DNA of 64,000 bases from NCBI GenBank assembly GCA_903831305.1, contig CAIKXE010000008.1:25105-89104 (forward strand), in the 5' to 3' direction. Made by a program: the position numbers and the translations under genes. This document shows positions 27,162-37,432 of this stretch, piece after piece; position 1 is the stretch's first letter; each line of letters starts with the position of its first letter. A model generated the notes under the pieces. The model worked only from the letters and a program-made list of their open reading frames with translations. It was not told the DNA's origin and ran no database searches. Origin of the DNA: an uncultured bacterium. Its GTDB lineage: Bacteria > Patescibacteriota > Minisyncoccia > Phycocordibacterales > GWA1-40-21.

Positions 27162-27752
27162 ATGTTAAATGATTATAAAAATAAAATAATTTCTTTTTAC
27201 AAGAAAAATAAACGGATGCCGGTTTACACGGAGATTATGAAGCTGGTCGGTTTCAAGTCTAAGAACGCTGTTTCTAAGCTGATCACCAGGCTTGTGGAGG
27301 AAGGAGTCTTAGATAAAGATTCAAGCGGTCATTTGATTCCAAATCAGCTGGTTGGTGAGGTGCCACTACTTGGGCTGGTGGAAGCTGGTTTTCCAACGAC
27401 CGCTGAAGAAAGTCTCCTAGACACTATGAATATTGATGACTATCTTATTCAGAATAAAGATTCCACCTATTTGCTTGAAGTAAAAGGTGAGTCCATGATT
27501 GATGCTGGTATTCATGAAGGGGATTTGGTTATTGCTGAAAAGCTGATCTCTGGTACTTATTCAGGCGGTAAGACGGTGAAGGATGGTGATATTGTCATTG
27601 CGATTGTAGATGGTGGTTCCACCATGAAATATTATCGTAATCGTAAGGGTAAAGTATATTTAGAACCAGCTAATAAGGATTTTAGCCTTATTTTCCCTGA
27701 AAATCAGCTGGAAGTCACCGCTGTGGTGAAAGGCGTGGTCAGAAAGTATTAG
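27162..27752 (+). CDS. lexA: LexA repressor (HTH + S24 peptidase domain)
   Basis: Cleavage-site region VPLLGLVEAGFPT; Ser/Lys dyad context VKGESMIDAGI...; C-terminal GDIVIAIVDGGSTMKYY. Confidence 0.85.
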   Translation: MLNDYKNKIISFYKKNKRMPVYTEIMKLVGFKSKNAVSKLITRLVEEGVLDKDSSGHLIPNQLVGEVPLLGLVEAGFPTTAEESLLDTMNIDDYLIQNKDSTYLLEVKGESMIDAGIHEGDLVIAEKLISGTYSGGKTVKDGDIVIAIVDGGSTMKYYRNRKGKVYLEPANKDFSLIFPENQLEVTAVVKGVVRKY

Positions 27753-27786
27753 TCATCTTGGTATAACACATATTATTTGTTATAGT

Positions 27787-28011
27787 ATGGGTATGATAAG
27801 TCCTGAAATGCCGACAGAGGGTTTTGATGAAGAAAATATTGAAGAACAAAAATGGCATTTTTTTTATTTCAATAATGAAATATCTGATCACCCTATTATT
27901 TTAGAGTGTATAGCTAGAAGTCAGGCCGAAGCTGATTCTATTTATACTGAAAAAATTGGTAAAAGGCCAAGTAAAGATGATCATATTGGTTGCACTACTA
28001 TTAAAATCTAA
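27787..28011 (+). CDS. Hypothetical acidic small protein (74 aa) immediately downstream of lexA
   Basis: ORF only. Confidence 0.35.
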   Translation: MGMISPEMPTEGFDEENIEEQKWHFFYFNNEISDHPIILECIARSQAEADSIYTEKIGKRPSKDDHIGCTTIKI

Positions 28012-28016
28012 TTAAA

Positions 28017-28568
28017 ATGAGTAATTTATCTATTTTGGTTTTTTGGGATACTAAAATAAGCGAGACAATAATTTATTTAAGAAGTGACTTTTTTAATCAT
28101 TTTTTCTTTTTTGTTACCGGTTTTGGAGAATGGAAGGTCATAACCGCCTTATTTATTATTATTTCTTTTGGTTTTTATTTATCACTGAAGAGGGACTTGA
28201 TTTTCCCTTTTTTTATTTCTGTTTTTGGCTCCGGTGTTACAGCACTTATTATTAAATATATTGTGGATCGAAGCCGGCCTGGGTCCGGTATTGCTCTGTA
28301 TCATGAAAAGTTATCATCCTTTCCTAGTGCTCACGCTGCTTTAGCTTGCGCTTTTTTTGGTTTTTTAATCTATTGCTTATGGAGGTTTGATATTAGTGTC
28401 AGACTTAAAATAGTTTTATCATCTATTTTTAGTCTCATGATAATCCTTGTCAGCTTTAGCCGATTATATTTGGGCGTGCATTATTTAAGTGATGTCTTGG
28501 CCGGTTTTCTTACTGGCCTTTTGTGGCTCATCATCACTATGTACGTATCCTATCGGCGGGCTAGCTAA
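28017..28568 (+). CDS. PAP2-family membrane phosphatase (undecaprenyl-diphosphatase-like)
   Basis: PAP2 motifs KYIVDRSRPG, FPSAHAA and SRLYLGVHYLSDV. Confidence 0.75.
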   Translation: MSNLSILVFWDTKISETIIYLRSDFFNHFFFFVTGFGEWKVITALFIIISFGFYLSLKRDLIFPFFISVFGSGVTALIIKYIVDRSRPGSGIALYHEKLSSFPSAHAALACAFFGFLIYCLWRFDISVRLKIVLSSIFSLMIILVSFSRLYLGVHYLSDVLAGFLTGLLWLIITMYVSYRRAS

Positions 28569-31057
28569 ACAACCACCGGCTCTAAGCTATCTTTTGTTTC
28601 TCCTTTTGCTAGGACTTTGAAGCTAACTGTTTGGCCAGCATTAAGCTGTCCACGAATTATGAGATCAGCTAGGTGTTGTTCTATGGTGTCCTGGATCAAG
28701 CGGTTCATTGGTCTAGCGCCGAAGGTAGGGTTGTAACCACCATTGACCACAAAGTCAATAAGCTCATTATCAATATTTAGGACCATTCCTTTATCGCTTA
28801 TTTTTTTGGCAACTTTTTTCAGCATTAACTTGGCAATTTCAGTTAGATTTTCCTTAGTTAGGGGATGAAACAAAATAGTGGCATCGAAGCGGTTTAAAAG
28901 CTCAGGCCTAAATATCCCTTGTTTGATGATGTCGGCCGTTATTTCGGTTTCAAAAGTCTTTAGGTCTTTACCGGCAGAAACAATTTCAAATATCTTTTCA
29001 GCGCCAGCGTTTGAGGTGGCAATAAATATAATATTTCTGGCTAATACTTTTTTCCCGGTAGCGTCAGAGAAGTAACCCTCGTCTATTATTTGTAGGAATA
29101 AATTAAGAACGTCTTTGTTTGTTTTTTCAAATTCATCAAGTAGGAGGACACCATAAGGGTGTTCACGAAGCATATTAGAAAGTATACCCTGTGTTTCGCT
29201 AGTTTGTGAGCCGATCAGACGGGCTAAGGCTTCACTGTTTTGATACTCAGACATATCTAGTCGGAGAAGGAGTTTTTCATCACCAAAGAAAACCTCAGCC
29301 AAAGCTTTAGCTGTTTCGGTTTTTCCTACACCTGTTGGTCCCAGAAAGAGGAAAGATCCGAGCGGTCTCTTTTCATTACGGATACCGGCCCGGCTTCGCC
29401 TCACAGCCGTGGAGATAGAAAATATTGCTTCCGTTTGGGCTATTACTCTCTGACCCAACAGCTTTTCAAGATTTAGTAATTTTTCTTTTTCATCAGTATT
29501 GATATTACCAGTAGGAATGTTTGTCTTTTGGCTAATATAATCTAAAACATCTTCTTTGCTAATCATCTGAATATTTTTACCTAGACACCAGGGTGATAGT
29601 TCTGCTAAAAGATCTCTGGCTTTGTCTGAAGAAACTCCATCAGGAAAATAATATTCTGCGCTTTTTGCAATCTCTAAGACCGCCGGGTAAGTATAAAAAA
29701 CGTCATAAGTATCTTCCGCTAAGAGGGCCTCGCGAGAAATAATCCCCGCTATTTCTTCCTGCATCAGGGCTTTGGTCTGCACTACCTCAAAGCGGGACAT
29801 GATAGCTTGGTCTGGCTCTATTAAGGTGTGAAAATAGTCAGTGTCAGCTAAAGCGATAATCTGATCTTCTGAACTAGTAATGTATGGTTCTATCAGTTCA
29901 TAGAGATTTAGACCAAATTGTTTGGCTTGGATAATGAGTTTGGGAAAACTATCTATAACCATGATTATATTTCCAGCCCGCATTGCTTCAGAAAAAATAG
30001 TGGTTAATTTTTGTTCAAAATCTTCTTTATTTTCAGTAGTAGCGGTAAAGTTGGTTGTTAAAAATAAAACCGGTCTTTTTCCAAGAAGCTTATTTTGAGC
30101 AGTTTTGCTTTTTATTTTTCGGCATAAATTCCAGATCACCTCTATCTTTTCTTGGCCTGGTTGGCCCACTAGTATGGCGTTGGCACCGTTTGATCTTGCC
30201 AGAATAGACTGTAACTGATCAAGCTCTCTTGTTCGTAAGGAAAATGAGATATTTTCCGAAATCACTTCCTCATCATTTAGGAGGTCTCGACTATATTTAC
30301 TGAGCAGATATGTCCGGCCAAATGACCAGTCTGAAGCTAAACCTTTTATTTGAGACAGTCTTTCTCTGGTCCACCACTGACGGTGATATTCTTTTTCTTC
30401 AATACTATAAATTATCCAATTAGTAGCGGCCTCTAGGTCTTTTTGGCCAAGGCCGTGCTTGGCTAAGAGGTTCCTAAAATCAGTATGATTTAAATAAATA
30501 AAATTTACAATATTGGAAACTTTTATCAAAGGGATGCCCTCGGTGTTAAAGACAGGGGGATTATTTATCTCGGTCTGTTTTAAAAGTAAATTATCGATCT
30601 CCTCATCACTTATTCCTAGGCGTCTGATAATCTTGCGGCCGATACTATATGAAGTGAGTAGGCCGGTAAGTATGTTGTCATTTTTCACTCGGCGTAGAAT
30701 TCGTCCAGCAGAAAAGGTACAGCCTTCATTTTCACGGTAGACGTTTTTAGCTATATGTTCAAAATAAAAAATTGAAGCAAAGTAAAATTCAAACATCTGC
30801 ATCGTGGCATATAGTACAGCTGATATTAAGGTAAGGCCAATTAACTTTTTGATGATGAAGTCTATTGTTATGCTATTTGTTACAGCAATATTATTATTTC
30901 CATAAATAACACTAATAACAATAACAACAGGAATAGAAAGCAGTAGATAGCCGGTTGTTTTGCTTAAGAAGCGTCTTTTTTTAACTGAAAAGAAACTTTC
31001 CAATATTAAGGCTGGGTAGATAGGACTTTTTTTTAATAGTAATTCAGTTTTAGTCAT
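28565..31057 (-). CDS. Clp/Hsp100-family AAA+ ATPase with N-terminal transmembrane anchor and degenerate first nucleotide-binding domain
   Basis: N-terminal ~130 aa hydrophobic helices. D1-like region has a non-canonical Walker A GQPGQEK. Intact D2 has FLFLGPTGVGKTETAKALA and LLLDEFEKT, with sensor ATSNAG. Confidence 0.65.
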   Translation of the reverse strand: MTKTELLLKKSPIYPALILESFFSVKKRRFLSKTTGYLLLSIPVVIVISVIYGNNNIAVTNSITIDFIIKKLIGLTLISAVLYATMQMFEFYFASIFYFEHIAKNVYRENEGCTFSAGRILRRVKNDNILTGLLTSYSIGRKIIRRLGISDEEIDNLLLKQTEINNPPVFNTEGIPLIKVSNIVNFIYLNHTDFRNLLAKHGLGQKDLEAATNWIIYSIEEKEYHRQWWTRERLSQIKGLASDWSFGRTYLLSKYSRDLLNDEEVISENISFSLRTRELDQLQSILARSNGANAILVGQPGQEKIEVIWNLCRKIKSKTAQNKLLGKRPVLFLTTNFTATTENKEDFEQKLTTIFSEAMRAGNIIMVIDSFPKLIIQAKQFGLNLYELIEPYITSSEDQIIALADTDYFHTLIEPDQAIMSRFEVVQTKALMQEEIAGIISREALLAEDTYDVFYTYPAVLEIAKSAEYYFPDGVSSDKARDLLAELSPWCLGKNIQMISKEDVLDYISQKTNIPTGNINTDEKEKLLNLEKLLGQRVIAQTEAIFSISTAVRRSRAGIRNEKRPLGSFLFLGPTGVGKTETAKALAEVFFGDEKLLLRLDMSEYQNSEALARLIGSQTSETQGILSNMLREHPYGVLLLDEFEKTNKDVLNLFLQIIDEGYFSDATGKKVLARNIIFIATSNAGAEKIFEIVSAGKDLKTFETEITADIIKQGIFRPELLNRFDATILFHPLTKENLTEIAKLMLKKVAKKISDKGMVLNIDNELIDFVVNGGYNPTFGARPMNRLIQDTIEQHLADLIIRGQLNAGQTVSFKVLAKGETKDSLEPVVV

Positions 31058-31067
31058 GTTTTTCCAT

Positions 31068-31487
31068 TTATTGGGAAATTAATAAAATTAGACTATAGTA
31101 AATGGCCATGATGAGTAACAATGGTAAGACTAACCAGAAAATAAGAACTATCGGATAAAGCAAAGTTAGAAACATATAGGTAAGTAAACCAAGAATTATC
31201 AAAAAGGTTCTCATAATCATCCCGACTATGCGGACAATACTGTTTGTGACAAAGGCCGTCAAATATAATTTTAAATCAAAAAATTTTGGGTATTGATCAG
31301 CCATCCTTTTCCAAGGATCAAAAAAGTTTTTAAATAATAGATCAAAAGAAAAAAAGATATTAATAAAGTAGAAAAGATTTCCCCAAATTTGACTGAAAGA
31401 GAGTAAGGCTTTGCCATAGTGCCATTTTAAATATCCTAACAGAATTAAAAATATCTTCATAACTCTTATTATACAATATATTTGCAA
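31068..31487 (-). CDS. Small polytopic membrane protein, co-oriented downstream partner of the AAA+ gene
   Basis: Hydrophobic throughout; gap of 10 nt. Confidence 0.5.
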   Translation of the reverse strand: MQIYCIIRVMKIFLILLGYLKWHYGKALLSFSQIWGNLFYFINIFFSFDLLFKNFFDPWKRMADQYPKFFDLKLYLTAFVTNSIVRIVGMIMRTFLIILGLLTYMFLTLLYPIVLIFWLVLPLLLIMAIYYSLILLISQ

Positions 31488-31504
31488 AATATGGTATAAT
31501 TTTA

Positions 31505-32401
31505 TTGTTTATGATGAAAGTATTTAAAAAGGCATTCGGACCATTTCTTATTATGGCTATTGTTATTTCCTTTTTTTGTAGTAAAACTGAAGTACTAGCC
31601 TATGATTTTAGTCCTCTTAATTTAATTCGGCGGACGGCGGGTGTGATGACCACCGGTGTGACAGATGTTTATTATTTTTTGACTAGGCAGCAAAAGCCTG
31701 GGACCGAATTTGCGAACTTCCTGGCTAACAATATGGTCAGTGGTTTGGATATATTAAATATAACCAACAATGAGCGTGTTGCCCTTTCTTTAAAACCCTA
31801 TACCTCAAATATGCTTTTGGACCGGATTGCTAGTTTGCGCGCTGATGATTTATTTGCTAACCAGTATTTTGAGCACGAATCACCAGATGGTAAATCTGCC
31901 CCCGAGCTTGCTCCCGTCGTTGGGTATAAGTATTTGTATATTGGTGAGAACCTGGCAATGGGTGACTTTTATACAGATGCGGAGATAGTCAATGCCTGGA
32001 TGGATAGTCCTGGCCATAAGGCTAATATTTTAAATGATAAATATACGGAACTTGGGGTGGCAATAAAAGAAGGGGAATATAAAGGGGGCACTACCGTGAT
32101 TGCCGTGCAGATCTTTGGCCGGCCTTTGGCTAGCTGTCCCGAACCGAGTGCGCAGATCAAAGCGTTGATTGATAGCTCTGTTGCTTCTGTAAAGAAGATG
32201 CAGACTGAGGCTTTAGCTAAATATAACGAGTTAAATATTATGAAGAGTAATCCCGCCACGGACAGGATTTTGTATAGTCAGAAGGCTGATGCTTATAATT
32301 ATTTTGCTAAGACTATAAATGATGCCACTGGGGCTCTGAAATCTATCATTGATTACTATAACGTTGAAGTTAATAAATATAATTCCTGTATAAATACCTA
32401 A
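31505..32401 (+). CDS. CAP/SCP/PR-1 domain secreted protein (YkwD-like)
   Basis: Signal/TM N-terminus; CAP motifs GENLAMGD, WMDSPGHKANIL and YTELGVA. Confidence 0.7.
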   Translation: MFMMKVFKKAFGPFLIMAIVISFFCSKTEVLAYDFSPLNLIRRTAGVMTTGVTDVYYFLTRQQKPGTEFANFLANNMVSGLDILNITNNERVALSLKPYTSNMLLDRIASLRADDLFANQYFEHESPDGKSAPELAPVVGYKYLYIGENLAMGDFYTDAEIVNAWMDSPGHKANILNDKYTELGVAIKEGEYKGGTTVIAVQIFGRPLASCPEPSAQIKALIDSSVASVKKMQTEALAKYNELNIMKSNPATDRILYSQKADAYNYFAKTINDATGALKSIIDYYNVEVNKYNSCINT

Positions 32402-32402
32402 T

Positions 32403-32921
32403 ATGATTTTATCTGTTCATGCAACATTTGGTGCGGCCGTAGCTTCCTTGGTACCTACCCATCCAGGACTAGCTTTTTGTTTGGGTTTTGTTAGTCATTT
32501 GGCATTGGATGCTATCCCGCACCAGGACTATGATCTCCTTTCGGTCTCGTCAGGTGAAAATAGAACAATGCAGAACATAGATAGCCAAGAAAAGAAGAAG
32601 AGACGTCTGCGCGATGTTCGTCTGGTTTCGTTTGATGCCTTGATTGGTTTTACTTTGGCTTCTATTTTTTTCTTTAACCCAGTTTACCCATGGATTTTCT
32701 TTTTAGGGGCCCTTGGGGCGGTATTACCTGATTTTTTTACTTTTCTATTTTTAATCCTCAGATATAAACCCTTAGTCATATTTTATAATTGGCATTCTAA
32801 CTTTTTTCATTCCAAAATTGATTTAAAAATTGGTCAGTTGACCGGAATTATTTTACAGTTCTGCACCTTAGTAATATTATTGGCGGTATTGTTTGAAGTA
32901 AAATATCTTGCTCTAATATAA
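32403..32921 (+). CDS. Membrane-bound metal-dependent hydrolase-like protein (DUF457/YdjM-like)
   Basis: HLALDAIPHQDY motif plus multiple TM segments. Confidence 0.45.
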   Translation: MILSVHATFGAAVASLVPTHPGLAFCLGFVSHLALDAIPHQDYDLLSVSSGENRTMQNIDSQEKKKRRLRDVRLVSFDALIGFTLASIFFFNPVYPWIFFLGALGAVLPDFFTFLFLILRYKPLVIFYNWHSNFFHSKIDLKIGQLTGIILQFCTLVILLAVLFEVKYLALI

Positions 32922-33009
32922 AAAGTTAGCTTTATCTCGTTTGATATGGTGTTATTTAAGCTCACCAATTCCCTTGCATTTTTTACTGTTTTTGTGTAGT
33001 ATAGCGTCT

Positions 33010-33327
33010 ATGGAATTTGCAGTCATAAAAACAGGTGGCAAGCAATATAAAGTCTCCGTGGGAGATTCTGTTAAGATTGAGAAGATAATCGGTGAATATA
33101 AGGAAGGTGATAAAGTCACTTTTGATAAAGTTTTACTCGTGGATAACGGCAAGGATACTACCATTGGCACTCCTACTATCAAAGGCGCCGAGGTCAAGGC
33201 TACTATTGCTGAGATCGGCCGAGCACAAAAGGTCACCGTCATTCACTACAAGCAAAAGAGCCGATACTTCAAGAAAAACGGACACCGCCAGCCATACTTT
33301 AAAGTCACCATTGATTCAATCAAGTAA
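33010..33327 (+). CDS. rplU: 50S ribosomal protein L21
   Basis: MEFAVIKTGGKQYKVSVGD...HYKQKSRYFKKNGHRQPYFKVTI. Start moved from 32941 to the MEFAV Met. Confidence 0.85.
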   Translation: MEFAVIKTGGKQYKVSVGDSVKIEKIIGEYKEGDKVTFDKVLLVDNGKDTTIGTPTIKGAEVKATIAEIGRAQKVTVIHYKQKSRYFKKNGHRQPYFKVTIDSIK

Positions 33328-33328
33328 A

Positions 33329-33358
33329 ACCGCCCCCGAAAGGCGGTTTTATCTTTAT
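33329..33358 (+). terminator. Intrinsic terminator AAACCGCCCCCGAAAGGCGGTTTT
   Basis: Hairpin followed by a T-run after rplU. Confidence 0.7.
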
Positions 33359-33379
33359 AAGAATGTTTAATTTTTTAGA

Positions 33380-35035
33380 ATGAAAAAAAGAGCACATAAA
33401 TTTATTTTTGTTACCGGTGGGGTGATGTCTGGGGTGGGTAAGGGAATTGCCACCTCATCCATCGGTGCCTTGTTACAAGCTAAAGGTTTTGTGGTGAATT
33501 TGCTAAAGGTGGATCCATATTTAAACGTAGACGCTGGCACTATGAACCCCACGGAACACGGCGAGACTTATGTTTTGGACTCCGGTTTAGAGACTGATCA
33601 GGATATGGGTAATTATGAGCGATTTTTAAATCGTAGCTTAAGCCAGGATGACTATATTACTTCCGGCATGGTCTACAAGCATGTGATAGAAGCTGAGCGC
33701 GCGCTCAAATACGGTGGGCATTGTGTGGAGGCAATACCACATATTCGCGATGAAATAATTCGTCGTTTTGAAAATTCGGCAAAAGTCAATAAAAGCGATA
33801 TTACAGTGGTGGAGATTGGTGGAACAGTGGGTGATTATCAAAATATTATGTTCATAGAAGCGGCTCGAACTATGAAGGTTTATCATCCCAAGGATGTGGC
33901 TTTTGTGATGGTGAGCTATATGCCAGTGCCGAGGAAGCTTGGGGAGATGAAGTCCAAGCCGACGCAAAACGCTATCCGTCAGCTAAACTCATACGGTGTA
34001 AATACGGACATTATTATTGCCAGAAGTGAGGTACCCATGGACCATAAACGCAAAGAAAAAATTGCCATTTCTTGCAGTGTACCGGTAGAGCAAGTGATTT
34101 CTGCACCAGATATTGAGAGCGTATTTGATGTGCCATTAAATTTTGAAAAAGATAACTTGGGAAATATTTTATTAAAGCTTTTGAATTTAAGACATAAAAG
34201 GGAGACGGTCGGGATGAAGGATTGGGAGACTTTTGCAGCGCGAGTAAAAAGTGTGAAGAAGCCTGTTCATATTGCGATCGTTGGTAAATACTTTAATACC
34301 GGCGATTTTGTCTTGACGGATGCTTATGTCTCCGTACTGGAAGCGATAAAATATTCCGCTTATAAGCTGGGTTATAAACCAGTGATTCACACGGTAAATG
34401 CCCGGGATTATGAAGGTTTAAAAGTCAGTAAAAGTAAATTTCAAGAGCTTAAAAAGTTTGACGGCATTATTGTGCCGGGGGGCTTTGGGGAAAGTGGAAT
34501 AGAGGGAAAGCTTGCGGTGATTTGTTTTGCACGGGAAAATAAAATTCCGTATTTCGGATTGTGTTACGGGATGCAACTCATGGTGATAGAATATGCCAGA
34601 AATGTTTTAAAATTAAAAGATGCCAATACGGCAGAGATTAATCCAAAATCTAGTGCTTTGGTGATTGATATTATGCCTGATCAGAAGAAAAAGATTGCGG
34701 CGGGGAATTATGGTGGCAGTATGCGTTTGGGTTCATATTCAGCAAATATATTAAAAGGCAGTATGGCATATGAGGCCTATGGAAAAATTTTGATTCAGGA
34801 AAGACATAGGCATCGTTACGAGGTGAATCCGGACTATATTAAAATACTGAAAGAAGCAGGCTTGGTTTTCTCTGGTCAGTCACCAGATGGAGTTTTGATG
34901 GAAATTGCCGAATTACCAAAAAAGATCCATCCTTTTTTTCTTGGTACCCAGTTTCACCCAGAATTTATTGCACGTCCGCTTTCTCCTCATCCGTTGTTTA
35001 CCGCGTTTATAAAAGCAGCGGTTAGGAGAAAATAA
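33380..35035 (+). CDS. pyrG: CTP synthase
   Basis: N-terminus KFIFVTGGVMSGVGKGI; glutaminase domain GGFGESG...LCYGMQ. Confidence 0.9.
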   Translation: MKKRAHKFIFVTGGVMSGVGKGIATSSIGALLQAKGFVVNLLKVDPYLNVDAGTMNPTEHGETYVLDSGLETDQDMGNYERFLNRSLSQDDYITSGMVYKHVIEAERALKYGGHCVEAIPHIRDEIIRRFENSAKVNKSDITVVEIGGTVGDYQNIMFIEAARTMKVYHPKDVAFVMVSYMPVPRKLGEMKSKPTQNAIRQLNSYGVNTDIIIARSEVPMDHKRKEKIAISCSVPVEQVISAPDIESVFDVPLNFEKDNLGNILLKLLNLRHKRETVGMKDWETFAARVKSVKKPVHIAIVGKYFNTGDFVLTDAYVSVLEAIKYSAYKLGYKPVIHTVNARDYEGLKVSKSKFQELKKFDGIIVPGGFGESGIEGKLAVICFARENKIPYFGLCYGMQLMVIEYARNVLKLKDANTAEINPKSSALVIDIMPDQKKKIAAGNYGGSMRLGSYSANILKGSMAYEAYGKILIQERHRHRYEVNPDYIKILKEAGLVFSGQSPDGVLMEIAELPKKIHPFFLGTQFHPEFIARPLSPHPLFTAFIKAAVRRK

Positions 35036-35038
35036 TAT

Positions 35039-35932
35039 TTAAGTTAGTTTTATTTCACCGAGGACCTCTTTGATCAAACCCTTGAGCTCCATCACAGAGA
35101 GGACGGCGTTAGCTTGACCTGTGGGCATATTGAGCGAGCGGAGGAGAACATCTTTTTCCATCGGCTCGCGGAGAAGGGTAATCACCTTTTTTTCTTCCGC
35201 AGAACACTCGGCATATTCTAATTCTAAATTTCGAGGGGCGGAATCACGGTCCTTAAAGCCTAGAGCCAGCAGTAACTCCTTGGAACTAGTAATCGGCGTG
35301 GCGCCCAACCGTATCAGCATATGTGGACCCTCAGAGGTTTTAGAAAAAATGGATCCAGGGACAGTCAGCACATCTTTATTATAATCAGTAGCTAACCTAG
35401 AAGTAATTAAGGTTCCAGACTTAATCTCTGCTTCAATAATTAAAACAGCAGAAGATAGTCCAGCCATAATGCGGTTACGCTGGGGGAAACTATACTGAGT
35501 GGCTTTAAAGTCGGCGTCATATTCGGAAAGCATACAGCCACCACTTTCTAATATTTTTCTGGCTAAGCCAATATGGGCTTGGGGGTGGAGAGAAGTCACG
35601 CCTAATCCAGAGCCGGGAACAGAAATGGTTTTTAGTCCGGTATTGATAGCCGCCTCGTGAGCGATACCATCAATACCAATGGCTAGTCCAGAGACAATAG
35701 CCACATCATAACCACGAAGGCCGGCAATTAATTTTTCACAGGCTTCCTTGCCATAGTTCGTATACCGCCGGCTACCGACGACGCAAAGTAGTTTGGTATT
35801 GGGGCCGGGTAGGTCACCGCGTAAATAGAGTTTTTCCGGTGGCTCCGGAATCTCTAAAAGAGCTTCGGGAAAATTCTTCTTTTTAAGTTCATGGATGGGG
35901 AAGTCTCTGTCAATAATATGTTCAATTTTCAT
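35039..35932 (-). CDS. dprA: DNA processing protein DprA (Smf)
   Basis: GSRRYTNYG and GLAIGIDGIAHEAA Rossmann DprA motifs. Confidence 0.8.
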   Translation of the reverse strand: MKIEHIIDRDFPIHELKKKNFPEALLEIPEPPEKLYLRGDLPGPNTKLLCVVGSRRYTNYGKEACEKLIAGLRGYDVAIVSGLAIGIDGIAHEAAINTGLKTISVPGSGLGVTSLHPQAHIGLARKILESGGCMLSEYDADFKATQYSFPQRNRIMAGLSSAVLIIEAEIKSGTLITSRLATDYNKDVLTVPGSIFSKTSEGPHMLIRLGATPITSSKELLLALGFKDRDSAPRNLELEYAECSAEEKKVITLLREPMEKDVLLRSLNMPTGQANAVLSVMELKGLIKEVLGEIKLT

Positions 35933-35955
35933 CCCCTGATTTTAACACAGCCTCC

Positions 35956-35964
35956 AGATTATTC
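35956..35964 (+). promoter_or_regulatory. Perfect DnaA-box 9-mer within TTGTGGATAACTTT upstream of serS
   Basis: Exact match. Confidence 0.5.
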
Positions 35965-36046
35965 TTTGTGGATAACTTTTTCTAAAAATGCTAGTATTAT
36001 TAGTATAAATTATTCGGTTATTTATTAGTTTTATAAACATAAATAT

Positions 36047-37321
36047 ATGTTAGATATAAAATTCATCAGGGAAAATAAAGATTTGATTGAGGCCGGGGCT
36101 AAGAAAAAGCACTTAAAGTTTGATGTTTCCGAGCTTATCTTGGTGGATGATAAAAGACGAGCTTTATTGACCCTGACGGAAGATAAAAAAGCAGAGCAAA
36201 ACAAATTTAATGAGCAGATTATAAAGGTCACGGATACGGCCAAGCGTGGCCAGCTCATCATGGAGATGAAGATGGTTAAAGATGATTTAGCTAAGGGAGA
36301 AGAGGAGCTGAAGGAAGTGATGAAGCAATGGCAACTACTCATGCTTCAAGTACCTAATATTCCAGATATGTCCGTGCCGGATGGTGATGATGATACTGCT
36401 AATCGTGAGCATACTGTTTGGGGTGATATTCCTAAATTTGATTTCCCGGTTAAGGATCATATTGAACTCATGGAGAAGCTGGATATGGTGGATTTGGAGG
36501 CTGGCACCAGAATTGCTGGTTTTCGTGGCTATATTTTGAAAAATGACGGGGCATTATTAAACTATGCTCTGTGGCAGTTTGTGATGGAGTATTTCCGTGA
36601 GCATAAAAAAGATTATTCCCCCATGCTCGTACCTTCACTTGTCCGTCGAGAGACTCTTTTAGGAACTGGGTATTTACCGCAAGGGGAAGATGATTTGTAT
36701 AAGACCCAGGATGGTGAGTATCTGGCGGGAACAGCCGAGGTGTCTACCATGAGTTATTTCTCTGGCAAATTATTAAATGAGTCAGAGTTACCGCAAAAGG
36801 TGATTGCCTTCTCACCAGCATTTAGACGTGAGGCCGGTAGCCATAGCAAAGATGTGAAAGGTATTTTACGTGTGCATGAGTTTATGAAATTTGAGCAGGT
36901 GATTATCTGTGAAGCTAATCATGAGACTTCCGTCAAACACCATGAGGAGCTCCGTGAGAATGCTGAGGAGATACTGCGCGCCTTGAAATTACCTTACCAT
37001 GTAGTGGTTAACTGCGGTGGGGATCTGGGACTCGGTCAGGTGAAAAAATATGACATTGAGACTTGGGTGCCGTCACAGAATAAATACCGCGAGACTCATT
37101 CTTGTTCTTATTTCCATGATTTTCAGACTAGACGTTTGAATATCAAATATAAAGATGCTGAGGGTAAGGCCAAGTTTACCCACTCTCTGAATAACACTGC
37201 TCTGGCTACCCCGCGGATCCTGATTCAGATTGTAGAAAACTATCAGCAAGCTGACGGCTCAATCAAGGTGCCAGAAGTACTCCAAAAGTATATGGGTAAA
37301 GCAGTGATAACAAGAAAATAG
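36047..37321 (+). CDS. serS: Seryl-tRNA synthetase
   Basis: N-terminal coiled-coil MLDIKFIRENKDLIE; class II motifs FRREAGSHSKD and GLGQVKKYD. Confidence 0.9.
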   Translation: MLDIKFIRENKDLIEAGAKKKHLKFDVSELILVDDKRRALLTLTEDKKAEQNKFNEQIIKVTDTAKRGQLIMEMKMVKDDLAKGEEELKEVMKQWQLLMLQVPNIPDMSVPDGDDDTANREHTVWGDIPKFDFPVKDHIELMEKLDMVDLEAGTRIAGFRGYILKNDGALLNYALWQFVMEYFREHKKDYSPMLVPSLVRRETLLGTGYLPQGEDDLYKTQDGEYLAGTAEVSTMSYFSGKLLNESELPQKVIAFSPAFRREAGSHSKDVKGILRVHEFMKFEQVIICEANHETSVKHHEELRENAEEILRALKLPYHVVVNCGGDLGLGQVKKYDIETWVPSQNKYRETHSCSYFHDFQTRRLNIKYKDAEGKAKFTHSLNNTALATPRILIQIVENYQQADGSIKVPEVLQKYMGKAVITRK

Positions 37322-37432
37322 GTTTGTATCGGTCGGCCAGGATATTTAATTTTAAAAGTCCTCGGATCTCCTCGTCAGAACTTCGGCCAGACATTTTAAA
37401 ATCAAATATCCTGGCCTCCCTAAATAAGAACG

